From a virus (taxonomy: Duplodnaviria; Caudoviricetes), in IMG/VR virus record IMGVR_UViG_3300042923_000238, positions 1 to 54,942 of that record: 54,942 nt of DNA; one strand, given 5' to 3'. This document shows, piece by piece, positions 29,601 through 41,104 of the stretch. The position numbers and the translations under genes were made by a program. Each line of letters starts with the position of its first letter. The stretch's first letter is position 1. The notes beneath the pieces are model-generated. The model worked only from the letters and a program-made list of their open reading frames with translations. It was not told the DNA's origin and searched no databases.

Positions 29601-30195
29601 GACCAGCCTCTCCCCAGTAGGCGAACTTGAAGCCCTTGCGGGCGAGCTGGCGGCTGAACACCTGCTCGGAGCGAGGTGCATACGGCCAGTCGTGAGCGAA
29701 GGCGCGAGCCGGGATGAGCGACGGGTTGCCGGTGAACACGATGTCGTGCTCGACGTAGCCCTTCTGGTGCGTCAGGCGCCCTAGCCAACGAGGGTTGGCC
29801 TCCAGCGCTGCAACCACTCCGCCGTGCTCGATCTCATCCTCGTACCAAGGCTGTCGCTGAAGGGCGACCTGCATGAGGCTCTGGTTAGCGGCGAGGAGAG
29901 CGTGAAGGTCTGCAAGATCAACGGGCTTGTCGATGGTGAAGTCCTCTTCGAGAAAGAAGACCGGGCCTCCGTGCTGCCTACCAAACTCCCAGATGCGCTG
30001 CATGGCTTCGGTATAGCCAACCGACTCAGCGGCGATGGAAGTTGCGCCAGTGCGCCTTACCCATTCCCGATCCCCGCTGTCATCGAAGACGGCGACGGAG
30101 GAGAAGCCCTTGACGTTCTTCGCAAGGGAAGCGACGGCGGAGGTGATGTAGAGGTCTTTGCGGTTGGAGAGAATGGCGACGGCGATGTCAGGCAT
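29551..30195 (-). CDS. Glycosyltransferase (GT2-like)
   Basis: AVFDDSGD, FFLEEDF and FTGNPSL. Confidence 0.75.
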   Translation of the reverse strand: MPDIAVAILSNRKDLYITSAVASLAKNVKGFSSVAVFDDSGDREWVRRTGATSIAAESVGYTEAMQRIWEFGRQHGGPVFFLEEDFTIDKPVDLADLHALLAANQSLMQVALQRQPWYEDEIEHGGVVAALEANPRWLGRLTHQKGYVEHDIVFTGNPSLIPARAFAHDWPYAPRSEQVFSRQLARKGFKFAYWGEAGHVTCTHHGSVTAGGGY

Positions 30196-30784
30196 TCAAC
30201 TCCAATCAGCGGAGGAAAGATGCTTGATGCTCGACCTCAACGCTCTGTGGCGAGAGGGGAGGATTCCACGGCGGAGGTCGAGCATCAAGAGTGAACCGCT
30301 GCATACCTTTCAGGCAGCGGCAGCGGAAGATCAACGTTGGAATGTCCAACGACGAAGAATCGAGCGAAGCGAGATTCTTAGGAGTTGGATAAGCGTTAAG
30401 GCTCTAATCTCTTAAGATGATAGTAGTTATCTACTATAGATAGTTACTCTCTTAAGGGTTGGAGAGGTTAGAGAGTAAACTACTTAGCGTTAGCCCTTAC
30501 GCTTGACCAGCTCGGCTGCGGCTCGGCTTCGCCTCGCCTTGCCTCGCTGGCTACCGTCTACCCCTCCATAGAGGTAGTGGGACCTGGACCCCCCTGATTC
30601 GTGGTGAGAGTAGAGTGTGATCTACGTCACGCCCTCTGACCTGCGGAGATGCCCTGGACGAGAGCACCCTCCTAGCGCCGAGCCTTGCCTGTGACAGCCC
30701 TGCCGGAGGCTCTGGAGGTGTCCGATTTGGCATGACTACAGACCCCCTCCGAAAACCCTGGAGGTGCGTCCAACCGGAATTGCT

Positions 30785-30795
30785 TAGACTTGGCG
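30785..30795 (-). other. Candidate cos (11-nt overhang CGCCAAGTCTA)
   Basis: Non-coding, between the divergent arms, about 20 nt from a GGGGGT..ACCCCC hairpin; resembles R4/BD-type cos sequences as recalled. Confidence 0.45.
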
Positions 30796-31294
30796 GTCCG
30801 GCCTCTTCTGGGCAGGGGGTCATAGCCCACCCCCACTCGTCCGGCGCGTTCCCCTGAGCTCTCGCACCCACATTGATTCGCCCTTTCCATTGGGCACTGG
30901 TCTGAGCGATAGAACGCATTGACTCTTGTTCTTACTCTTCCGCCGTGGCCTATGTATGCGTGCGTGTGTGCGCTGTGCTGTGCATGCACGTGTGGTGTAT
31001 GCACGTGGTGGTGTGTGGTGCACGTGGCTGGTGGAGCTGTGCTGTGCACCATGCGTGTACGCCTCTGTGCGGGCCGTTGCGTGCAGGGTGGGGTGATCGG
31101 CTAGGGGCGTGCGTGTGCGTCGGTTCTAGGCGCACTGCATGGGCTCCTGTGGGGTGGTGCTGGGCAGTGATCTCTAGGCAGGTGGCGTGTGCAGTGTTGC
31201 CACCCGTGCCGGATGGGCAGCTCGGCAGGGCTGTAGCGGGTGAAGAACCAGCGAGTTTCCGTTGAGATACCAACGATCCGGCAAGGAGGGCCGT

Positions 31295-31335
31295 GTGTAG
31301 TGTTGACACGTGCTGTGCATGGGTGTTCACTACTC
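31295..31335 (+). promoter_or_regulatory. Putative early promoter with an operator over the -35
   Basis: GTGTAGTGTTGAC contains TTGACA at the head of the plus-strand arm; the -10 is weak. Confidence 0.5.
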
Positions 31336-31768
31336 GTATCGGCAGCTCGCGAAGCACCGACGATGGGACCGCAGGGCACCGCCACTAGGCGGGACTCGGG
31401 GCCACTGAACCACCGGGGTGAGAGACCGGCAGGCGGGGGTCACGGGGCGGAAACGGGACAACACCACAAGAGCAGGGCTACCGGGACAGACCATGAGGTC
31501 GCCGGGACATCGCCACCGATGAGTGCAAGAGCGGCCCTGAGGCAACACATACAACAACTTCGATCCGACGACCCGCTAGGGCCGTCGCTCACCGCGCTTC
31601 ACGCTCGCTACGTGCGAGCCGGGTGCAACCGGAGCGACCTACCTACGGCGACAGGATCGGCCCTTGACCGCCCGACAGGGCGGGCGCGCTAGCTCGGCTA
31701 GGTGCGCGGTTCGCTACCGTTCAAGGGTACTCGCTTTCCACGAACCTCCATTGAAAGGATGGGTAGCC

Positions 31769-31948
31769 ATGGGCATTCAGCTCGGTGATCGTGTCCGCAT
31801 CGACTCGACGACAGTTCCCGCAACACAGGGCACCGTACGCGACATTCAACACACCAAGAACGGGGTGTGCTACTTGGTTGAGTGGGGGTCGCCTGCCTAT
31901 GGGGTGCCCGCAGAGATATGGACCTCAGGCGTGAGGCCTATCCGGTAG
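31769..31948 (+). CDS. Small SH3-like hypothetical protein
   Basis: SD GAAAGGA; QLGDRVRI...YLVEW. Confidence 0.65.
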   Translation: MGIQLGDRVRIDSTTVPATQGTVRDIQHTKNGVCYLVEWGSPAYGVPAEIWTSGVRPIR

Positions 31949-32173
31949 AACGACTTAGCCCTAGGTGCCGCGTAGGCGGCAGGCGCGTCATGGCGCACTA
32001 GGGCACGTAAGGGCACGTCACCGCTCGCGGTGACCTAGACGCGTCGGGCGCTTTTCCCGACCGTCAGGCGACGACTCCCACACTAGACAGGCTGCAACGT
32101 CTGTACGGGTGGATGTAGGGCACGTGCCACAACTTCGCATCAGGTGTCTAGAGTTGACGGGAGCGTGGCAACT

Positions 32174-32296
32174 ATGTTCATCGTTCGTTGGCTTGACCGA
32201 CTGGGCAACCCGACATGGGTGCCCGCACCTAGCAGGACCACGGCAGAGCGCGAGGCAGCGCGCCGTGGTGGGACATGGCAGTACGTAGCGATCTAG
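32174..32296 (+). CDS. Small hypothetical protein (40 aa)
   Basis: GGGAG SD; MFIVRWLDRLGNPTW. Confidence 0.45.
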   Translation: MFIVRWLDRLGNPTWVPAPSRTTAEREAARRGGTWQYVAI

Positions 32297-32412
32297 GGAG
32301 CACGGATCGCATCAGCCCTACCGGTATCCACGCCGGGAGCCACCTGCAAGCGGTGGGAGGGCACGCATAGAGTGACACCGCGCATGACGCGCGAGACGAG
32401 AGGACAGGGACC

Positions 32413-32610
32413 ATGTTCAAGCTTGAGATTCGCACCGCCAACGTCGCGTTCGACGAGGAGGAGGGCAACGCCGGTCCCGAGCTGGCGCGCATCCTGCGAG
32501 AGCTGGCAGACCGCGTGGAGGGTGGCGTTCCGACGGGCGACAACGCCAGCGTGCGGGACGTGAACGGCAACCGTGTGGGCGAGTGGTCCTACGAGGATGA
32601 GACGAACTAG
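32413..32610 (+). CDS. Hypothetical protein
   Basis: Strong SD; phage-like ELARILRELAD...RDVNGNRVGEW. Confidence 0.75.
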   Translation: MFKLEIRTANVAFDEEEGNAGPELARILRELADRVEGGVPTGDNASVRDVNGNRVGEWSYEDETN

Positions 32611-32910
32611 GAGCGTCTGACGCTCTACAGCCTGCGCCGGTAGCCAAGCCGGACGCCGTGTGCGAGACGCGGGGCAGGCGCGCAAACAGCAACCGATGAC
32701 CGAGCGGTAGGGGGAGAGGGGGTGAGTTGAGCAAGGGGCACCGATTCGACTACGCACGCGTGATCCGCGGCCCGTAGTCGGACCTGGCGTCAACGACGGC
32801 CCGTAAGTGACGACCGACAAGAGAAGACATGCATGACGCGACGCGAGGGCGTCGCTACTTGGCCGATGCGCCGGTAGCGACGCCCTCTGGCATGTGGAGA
32901 GGTGAGGCAG

Positions 32911-33075
32911 ATGGTCAACGGATGGTGGCTGCTGGGACTCGCGGTCCTGGCGGCTCTGTGGTTCGTGCACATGTGCCGTACGGCTCCGATGCAGAGGGGC
33001 GAGTACAGCCGACTGGACAACATGGACGGTCGCCGCGAGGACGCGAGCGACGACGAGACGCGAGAGGTGGCCTGA
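32911..33075 (+). CDS. Small membrane protein
   Basis: MVNGWWLLGLAVLAALWFVH; SD present; coupled to the next gene. Confidence 0.6.
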   Translation: MVNGWWLLGLAVLAALWFVHMCRTAPMQRGEYSRLDNMDGRREDASDDETREVA

Positions 33076-33575
33076 TGATGGGACGCAAGATGCGAGAGAC
33101 GTTCACGCGGGCGCTGGGTATGGCCCTGGGGCTGGGCATCGCGGCGGGAGTGATGATGGCCGCTGCGGACGCCGAGGCGCCTGACCTGCCTGCGTGTGAG
33201 CATGAGAACTCCACCAACTGCGTGTGGGACGCGCAGGAGCAGGGCAACGGCGAGGGTGAGTCGTTCGTGGACGTGGACGGTGAGACGTTCTACGCGGAGC
33301 CGTCCACACCTGAGGTCGTGAGCGCTCCTGAGGCGTCTGTAGAGGAGCCTGAGGTAGTAGCGCCCGCGCCGGTCGAGAACGTCACTCCTGAGGCCCAGGA
33401 GACGCCCCAGGCGGCCACTCCTGCGACACCCGTCGACCTCATGGAGCCGGGCAACCTCAAGCCGGGGGACTACTGGCTGGGCGAGCTCGTGGGTGACGTG
33501 ATCGTGTGCCCTCCGGGGTTCGAGGTGTCCATCGACTACACGGCCCAGGGGACCCTGTGGGCCGCGTGCATGTGA
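33075..33575 (+). CDS. Secreted or membrane-anchored protein
   Basis: Signal-like N-terminus, LPACEHENSTNCVWDA..GNGEG, Pro/Glu linker. Confidence 0.7.
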   Translation: MMGRKMRETFTRALGMALGLGIAAGVMMAAADAEAPDLPACEHENSTNCVWDAQEQGNGEGESFVDVDGETFYAEPSTPEVVSAPEASVEEPEVVAPAPVENVTPEAQETPQAATPATPVDLMEPGNLKPGDYWLGELVGDVIVCPPGFEVSIDYTAQGTLWAACM

Positions 33576-33588
33576 GGAGAGCAGAGCC

Positions 33589-36062
33589 ATGGGCGAGAGC
33601 GAGATGTGGGAGCTGCGGACCCTCGCGGGGGATAGGCGCGTGGGCTGGTTCGGCTTCTCGACGCAAGTCAACGCGGAATCTTGGTACACCCGAGAGTTGA
33701 CTATGCCGTACCGACCCCCGTTCTACATGCGAGGCATGTCGTCGGGTGTCGAGATTCGACCCGGTGAGGAGGGCTAGGGCCATGACTGCTGTACCGACGA
33801 TCCGCCCGTACGCGACGCGCGACGAGTGGCGGCGAGACTTCCACGACGGGGTGGCAAACATGTTCGACGGAGACGACACGCCCACGCCTGACGTGTGGGA
33901 CGTGCTGGACCGCGAGACGGGGGAGTTCCTGGGTCGCGTGGCGGTTCGTAACCCCGACGACTACGTGAGTGCAGAGTCGGAGTACGGGACGCGTGTGGTC
34001 CTTGAGAACCGCAGGACGCGCGAGGTTGTCTACGGGAGAGGTGTGCAGAGTTGACGTGCCGCGTGTGCGGGGGGCGAATGGACTTCCTGCTGTCTGAGCT
34101 AGGCGAGGATGCACACCCGCTGTGCGTCATGCCGGAAGGGTGGGGATCGTGAGTGGATGGAAGGTGCGCGCCGAGCACCCCGAGGGGTGGAAGGCGCACG
34201 ACGACGGCTGGCGCGACGACTTCTGGGCCGAGGGCGTGTTTCGCGAACAGGATGAGGCTGAGGGACTGGCTCGCGCGCTCCGATGGTGGTTCCCGGGGGC
34301 GACTGTGACTGTTGAGGCGGTCGCATGACCTCCACCACCGAGGAACTGCGCGAGACGCCATACGACGCGCATGTGATCGTCACGGCACGCTGCTGCCGTG
34401 CATGGCCGGTTCTGGCCCTACTGCCGCTTGGGCGCTGCGGCATCTGTGGAGAGCGCCCGGTGCTGACCGGCGAGACGTGGGAGGTAGGAGCGTGAGCGTG
34501 GGAACCATCACCGTTGGTGCGGACGCGATCCGTCGCCACTGGCGAGAGGTGCAGGAGCAGGTGCGCCGTGGGCGCATGAGGAAGATCCGCAAGGCGAGAC
34601 GTGGCGTCGGCCCTGACCGTTCGGCAGAGGGGTACTGAGCATGCACGTGTACTTGGTGGTCGCAAGCGTGCCCTACGAGGGCAGTGAGGTGCTGGGCGCA
34701 TTCTCGTCTGACGCGGCAGCACAGTCCTACATCGACGCGCAGGGCGAGGCTCACTACGACCTGAGCATTCAGGCGTGGGAAGTGGAGGACTGATGTTCCC
34801 GTGCGGCCATGAGCACCCCTGGAAGCCCGCCGTCAATGGCGGCTCCAAGCGTCCCTGGTTCGTGATCCGAGAGGGTTGGTGGAACGGGCAGAGGGGCGCA
34901 CGCAGCGTTACGTGCGAGGCGCCCATCGAGGAGCGTTACCAGTGGCGCAAGGATGGCCGCTCGGTGCGCTACGCATCGCAGGCCGCCGCCGAGGACGCTG
35001 CTGAGCGCCTGAACCGAGCGGAGAGGCTTGCCCGTGTTCGATGACGACGAGGACCGCGTGACCGTGGTCCTAGCGCATGAGACGGCAGGTGTGGGCATGT
35101 TCGTCCAGACCGACCCTGTGCGCCTGACTCTGACTGACCTGATGGAGCTGAAGAGCATCATCGAGACCCGAGGGGAGCCGGTGTAGTGACGGCTATTCAG
35201 ACGCTGGCTGACGCGCCAGTGACCGACAAGCGTGTGATCGGGACGTACGCCTACCTGGCGCCGGACCGTGACATCGAGCTGGGTATCCGAAGCCTGGCGT
35301 TCGAGCTGACGCTCAGGGCGAAGCGGCGTGACTACGAGCCCTCTCCTGAGCTGCTGGAGTTGTACGAGCGTGTGGTGCAGGAGACGCCGCGAACGGAGGT
35401 GAAGGACGCATGACACGGGGACAGATCATCGACGCTGCCAACGTCTACCTGGTGCAGGACGGTCAGGAGCCGCTGGCTGACTGGGAAGCGGAGCTCATCC
35501 CTGACGCGGTGCTTCGCATGGTGGAGCCCATCGTGGCGCCCAACCCGCTGCGTGAGCAGCATGAGGATCTCATGGTCGACGCTGAGGTGGGCGTTTAGCC
35601 CGGAAGGGGTGTGTAGAGTTGACGAACGACGACGCGCGAGAGTTCTATGTCGAGGTGGCCTACGCATGGCCTGAGGCGTACCGCTACATCCCGGGCAACA
35701 AGCCGCTGACGCTTGAGCACCCTGCCGCCACGGAGGACGTGGTGCTGGTGGTGGACAATGCCAACGGCGGTCTGGTGATCGGCGTCTCGCTTCAGACCGA
35801 GGTGGAGACGTGCCAGCACGGCGAGCCGGTCTCTGTGGCCGGTGATCTGCTCTGGGCGCAGGGCGAGGCTCTGGGCATCGCTGACGAGGTGCTGGACGAC
35901 TATCTGAGCGAGAAGGGGCTGGGTGAGCTGCTGATGCCTGACCCGCATCACGTCTCTGTCGTGCATGTCGGTGGCCTCATGGGCGCCATGATGCGTGCCG
36001 CCGAGGGCATGGAGTCCAAGCGCGAGACGTTTGGGGACGATGAAGGGCTGGTGGGTTCATGA
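33589..36062 (+). other. Array of small early hypothetical genes (e.g. 33589-33777, 33782-34054, 34131-34328, 34794-35044, 35186-35413, 35410-35598, 35619-36062)
   Basis: Tightly coupled ORFs with SDs and phage-like codon use; no function recognised. Confidence 0.6.
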
Positions 36063-37231
36063 GCACCGAGACCATCCTCGTCGAGACCGCGCGGAAGGAC
36101 TGGCCGAACCTGACTGGCACCATCGCCCCGCACGGCCTCCCCGAGGTCCACCTGACGTACCAGGCCGACCGGACACTCGCCATGTCACCGAACGACGCGC
36201 GCGAGCTCGCCCGGTGGCTGACTGATGCCGCACGACAGATCGAGGCGACGACCGCATGAGCACCGACCAGACGCCCGCCCTGGCCCGCGCCGACGTGTTG
36301 CCGCTCCGGCTCGACCTCATCGAGACGCTCGGCCGGTGGGTCAACGACGCGTGCGCGACCGAGGCCGTGGACGAAGGGCTGCTCCCGCTGCTCCGCCGCC
36401 GCCTGCACGACCCCGACGACCCGGACGCGCTCGCGCGGCTGCTCTTCGACGCCTCGCAGCAGTGGGTCGAGGCCGACGGTGTGACCACGCGTCTCGACTG
36501 GTCGAACCTTCACCGCTCGCAGCAGGAGCAGTGGCGCCGCGCTGCCGATGCCGTGCGGTCCGCGATCCTCGGAGCCGACCAGTGACCGCGCGCGACTTCC
36601 TGGCGGCCGTGCAGCAGCGAGCCGACGCAGCAACCGGCGGACCGTGGACCGTGGAACGGCAGTCCGACGCATCAGACGTCAACGTGCGCCACATGCGGCC
36701 CGACGACGAACCGGACCTGTTCGTCGCATGCACTGGCGATCCGCACTACGACGGGACCGTGCACGATGCCGAGTTCATTGCCGCGTCGCGCACGGACGTC
36801 CCGCGCCTGGTCGCAGCACTCACCGCCGCACTCGACCTCCACCAGCCTCTCCCGAGCAGCGTGAGCGCGCTGTATCCCGAGCCGCTGTGCGAGTGCGGAG
36901 CGACGTACCCGTGCCCGACCGTCCGCGTGATCACGGACGCACTGACCCCGAAGGAGAACGACTCATGAGCTGGACCCCCACCGACGAGCAGGTCGAGAAG
37001 GCGGCACGCGTCCGCTTTCACCAGGCGCAGGGCGAAGGCGAGGCATGGGAGGAGTGGGGCACATCGTGGCACCACCTCTACCGCACGGAGGCCCGTGCCG
37101 TGTTGGTTGCGGTCGGGCCGATGATCGCCGCACGGGCACTCAGGGACGCGGCAGAGCGCACGTACCACGCCGCGTGTGCTGCCGGTCTCGCGAACGACGC
37201 TGACACCATCGAGAAGGAGGCAGGCCGATGA
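36059..37231 (+). other. Coupled small genes 36059-36259, 36256-36585, 36582-36968 (Ead/Ea22-like) and 36965-37231
   Basis: ATGA/GTGA overlaps; ATGGPW...DAEFIAASRTDVPRL is Ead/Ea22-like. Confidence 0.65.
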
Positions 37232-37722
37232 GCGACTGGCTACCCGTATTGGGGTACGAAGATCTGTACGAGGTCAGCAGCGATGGGCAGGTTCGGTCAA
37301 AGGACCGGGTGTCTTCTGATGGAAGCCTGCGGAGGGGGAGACTCCTAACCCCCACGGGGTTGAAGCACAAGCATGTGACACTCAGCCGCTCGGGCGTAAA
37401 GGTCCAGGCTCATGTGCACGTGCTCGTCCTGGAGGCGTTCGTCGGACCCCGCCCGGATGGGATGGAGTGCCTGCACTGGGACGATGACCCGACGAACAAC
37501 AACGTCGCGAACCTCAGGTGGGATACTCGGGCGGAGAACATTAGGGACGCCATCAGGAACGGGCGGCTCAGCGACCGGGGCTCCATTCCGAGCGGGGCCG
37601 TGTTCTCGATCCGGAAGAGGGTTGCCAGCGGCGAGCGTCAGGCTGACATCGCTCGCGAGTACGACGTAGACCCGTCTGCCATCTCCCACATCGTAAGGAG
37701 GAATAGTTATGCCAACCTCTGA
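37228..37722 (+). CDS. NUMOD4-HNH homing endonuclease
   Basis: WLPVLGYEDLYEVSSDGQVRS, VHVLVLEAFVGPRP and HWDDDPTNN..NLRW. Confidence 0.9.
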   Translation: MSDWLPVLGYEDLYEVSSDGQVRSKDRVSSDGSLRRGRLLTPTGLKHKHVTLSRSGVKVQAHVHVLVLEAFVGPRPDGMECLHWDDDPTNNNVANLRWDTRAENIRDAIRNGRLSDRGSIPSGAVFSIRKRVASGERQADIAREYDVDPSAISHIVRRNSYANL

Positions 37723-40700
37723 GGACTACACGCCCAGCACGGACGAGGTGCGCATCCGGTTCCAGCGGGACATCGCTCGGAACCGGGCCGACGACTACCC
37801 GGACCCTCGCGTGTCGGAGGCCGAGTTCAACCGTTGGCTCGCCGCACGTGACGCCGACCACGAGAAGGCCGTGCGCGAACGCATCGCACGGGACATCGAG
37901 GCGGAGGCGGTCGTCGTGGACGAGCACGGGAACCACGGGCTGTGGGTGGAGGACGCCGTCCGGATCGCCAGGGGAGGGTGCATGACCGAGACCGCCTGCC
38001 CGTACTACGCGGTCATGGGGCGGCACCTGTACGTCGGGCACCGCAACAACGTGTGCTGCCTCGGGTGCGGCATCGAGCAGAGGGAGGGCGCATGAGGCTG
38101 CACGAGTACGAGAAGGACACCCATTCTGGCGCGGGGAACTGCACCTGCGGCGCCGCCGAACGCCACGCTCGCCACCCGCACATGTACCTCCGCGGCCTGT
38201 GGCCGTCCGGAGGTGAGAAGTGCACCTGCGGCTTGCCGCCCGAGGCCGATCAGCACGTCGCGACGTTGGGGGAGGGCGCATGAACCTGCACGAGCAGGCA
38301 CGAGCCGAAGCCGAGAAGCGCTACCCCTACCGCACGCACGAGACGGAGGTCATGCGGTGGGTGACCCGGAAGACTCGCGTCACCTACGTGGACGGCTTCC
38401 TCGCTGGGCACGAGGCCGCGACCCGCACACGCGTCGTCACCACCGTGTCCGAGCTCGACGCACTCCCCGTCGGCAGCGTCGTGCGCTCGCTGGGCGGCGG
38501 TGCCGCGTGGCAGAAGATGCCGGTGAGCGGGTTCTGGGTCGGCGTCATCGGAACCCTGGACCCGCGCGGCCTAGGAGAGCGCGGCTACCTCCCCGCCCGC
38601 GTGCTGTACAGCCCTGAGGAGACCCCGTGACCGACGACCTGCTCAACGAAGCGACACGACTCGCGGACGAGTTCGACGAGGGCGCGGACTTCGACGCTGG
38701 CCGAGTCCTGCGCGCCCTGGTCGAGCGCGTGCAGCAAGCCGAAGCCGATGCACGCAAGGCCCGTCAACTCGTTGCCGACAAGGGATTCGTCGCAGTCAAG
38801 GCTGAGGTCGAACGAGACTGGGCGCGGGGCAAGCTCGACAGGGTGCGCAGACTCATCCCCACGGAGAACCCCGAGCTGATCGAAGCTGGGTACGGGGTCG
38901 ACTCGGCCGACGTGCTCGCCATCCTCGACGGGAAGGAGTGACCGTGAACTTCACCCACACCACAGCGAGGCAGAGTCGCTAGACTCGTGGCATGAGCAGG
39001 AGTCGGAGCGTTGCCAAGATCGTCGGCGTTGGCCTACTGGCTGTCGTCGCGGGCGTCCTCCTGCTCAACTGGCTGGGCGGTCAGGGCGTACAGAGCACCG
39101 AGCTCGACGTAGACCGCTACGGCAACCTCGTTGAGGTGAACGACTAAGACGACATGGGGCGCGCAGGCGCCCTCTCTTCGATTCCGCTGTGTAGTCTTGA
39201 CAGCCACACGACGAGTCGTGTACACATCTAGTTGACAACAGAAGAAGTGAGGTGGGGACTCATGGCTGACGCCGAGGAGACCACAGAGACGAAGTTCTCA
39301 GCCGGGGCATGGCCCCTGACGCTGACCGTGACCATCGGGCTGTTCGTGTTCAAGCACGTGCCGAACTCGCCCCTGGCAGAGATCTCCTACTGGCTCGTGT
39401 TCGCGCCGATCTTGCTCCTGGTGGGTCTGGGAGTCGTGGCGAGCGTGATCCTGGCCTTCGTGGGGCGCTGGGGGGTGCGCCAGGCGGAGAAGAGCCTGGA
39501 TCGGCTGGAGGACGCGCTGAGCGGCTCTACGGACCGCCTGCTGGACCACCTGGAGACGCTGGACGATGACGAGCTCCAGGCGCTTACCGAGGTTGTGGGT
39601 ACGGCCTACGTCCTGCGCCATGTGACCAGCGCGCTGCCGACCGAGAGTGAGGTGGCGTAGTGCGGAACGTGATGAACGATCTCGTTGACCACTTCAACGC
39701 CACGAACGAGGCGGCACTTGTGGACGCGTTCCTGGGGGAGCGGTGCGACTGGAGCGACCTTCCGTCCAACACCTGCGCCCACTGCATCCATGGGCCTGCG
39801 GCCTACACCGACTTTCCGACGATGGAGGAGCTCTGGTGAGCAAGAAGAAGAGCCCCCGCGCTGCCGCGCTGGCGCAGTTCATCGCCGGTGCGGTGGAGAA
39901 CGAGGCATACAAGACCCCGGCGCCATCCAAGCGGCCCTACGCCACCATCGAGCCCGAGCCGCGAGTCCAGGTAGAGGACGCGCACTGGCGCGGAGTGTTC
40001 GCCCGTGAGGCGCCTTCCAAGACCGACTTCAAGGTTCGCGTCTTCTACAAGCAGGACCCGAGCGGGGACGACCAGGGGCGCGTCTTCGAGGTGAGCGTGA
40101 AGGAGGTGGCACGATGACCGAACGACTGATTGAGGCCCTCCGCGATGGAGGCAGCCTGGCGCTCACCACGGATGAGGCGCAGAGCAAGGCCAGCGCGCTG
40201 GATGAGCACGGCTTCCTGGTGATCGACCTGGAGGCCCTGCCCAAGCCCGAGGAGCATGACAACGGCTACGGCACCCAGCGACGCATCGGCAGCGTGAGCC
40301 TCAAGACCACATGGGCGGACGACGAGACCGCTGAGGCGTACGCCGTGCGTCACATGGAGCTCGCGCTGGATCACATCGCTGCGGCTCAGTGGGTGCTCAC
40401 GAACCCGCCGCCTGCACCTCCGGTCTACCGCGAGGAGCGCAGGGTGTTCCTGGTGTGGCAGGAGAGCGCCGAGCGCTACCCGACGGAGACGCAGTACGCG
40501 GCCGCGCGCCGAGCCCTCTACTGGAAGGCTCAGGGCGCGAACTGGATGGCCGACTACTACGACACGGCTCGCCTGCTGGAGGTGCGCGAGGACGGCAACG
40601 GCTTCCTGCACCTGTTCGGCGTGGAGGTCATGCGCAAGGTTCGAGTGGAGGAGGGCGACGATGACGAGTGAGATTCGGTACTTCCGCCTCGACGACGGGA

Positions 40701-41104
40701 GCGACCAAGCTGGCGTGATCTGCTCGACCGCAGAGAACTCCGACCACAAGCACGACGAGCAGGACTTCTGGACCGAGGTCAAGGTCGTGCCGCTCAACGC
40801 CATGGTGGTTCGTCGCCCGGGGCGTGTGGCGGTCCAGCCTCAGGCCGAGGCCATCGTCCAATCCGCACTGAGCATCTCCGGCCCTGTAACGGGGGACGTG
40901 CTCGAACGGGCTGAGGAGCTCGCGGCGATCATCCTGGAGGCCGTCGAGTTCCTGCGCGAGTACCCGCCCGTCAACGAGGCGCAGGTCAAGGCGCTGGGCG
41001 ATCTGATCGACGAGTTGCAGAGCGGCGGCAAGGCGTACTACGAAGACCCGCGCGAGCTCGCCCGCGACCTTGCAGAGCGTGGCGTCCGAGTGGGGGATGC
41101 ATGA
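37709..41104 (+). other. Hypothetical gene array (37709-38095, 38092-38283, 38280-38630, 38627-38941, 39232-39660 membrane, 39836-40117, 40114-40671, 40661-41104)
   Basis: Overlapping start/stop coupling and SDs. Confidence 0.6.
39189..39236 (+). promoter_or_regulatory. Putative promoter overlapped by operator motif(s)
   Basis: GTGTAGTCTTGACA, 18 nt, TACACA, then a second CTAGTTGAC. Confidence 0.5.

Noticed and set aside
30950-31210. CRISPR array or minisatellite
   Set aside because: Low complexity only, with no regular repeat-spacer units and no cas genes.
31400-31560. Hammerhead ribozyme
   Set aside because: No intact CUGAUGA...GAAA core with compatible stems.
32856-35221. Shared LADAPV peptide in two ORFs
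   Set aside because: The first copy lies in a probably non-coding hairpin, so it is likely chance.
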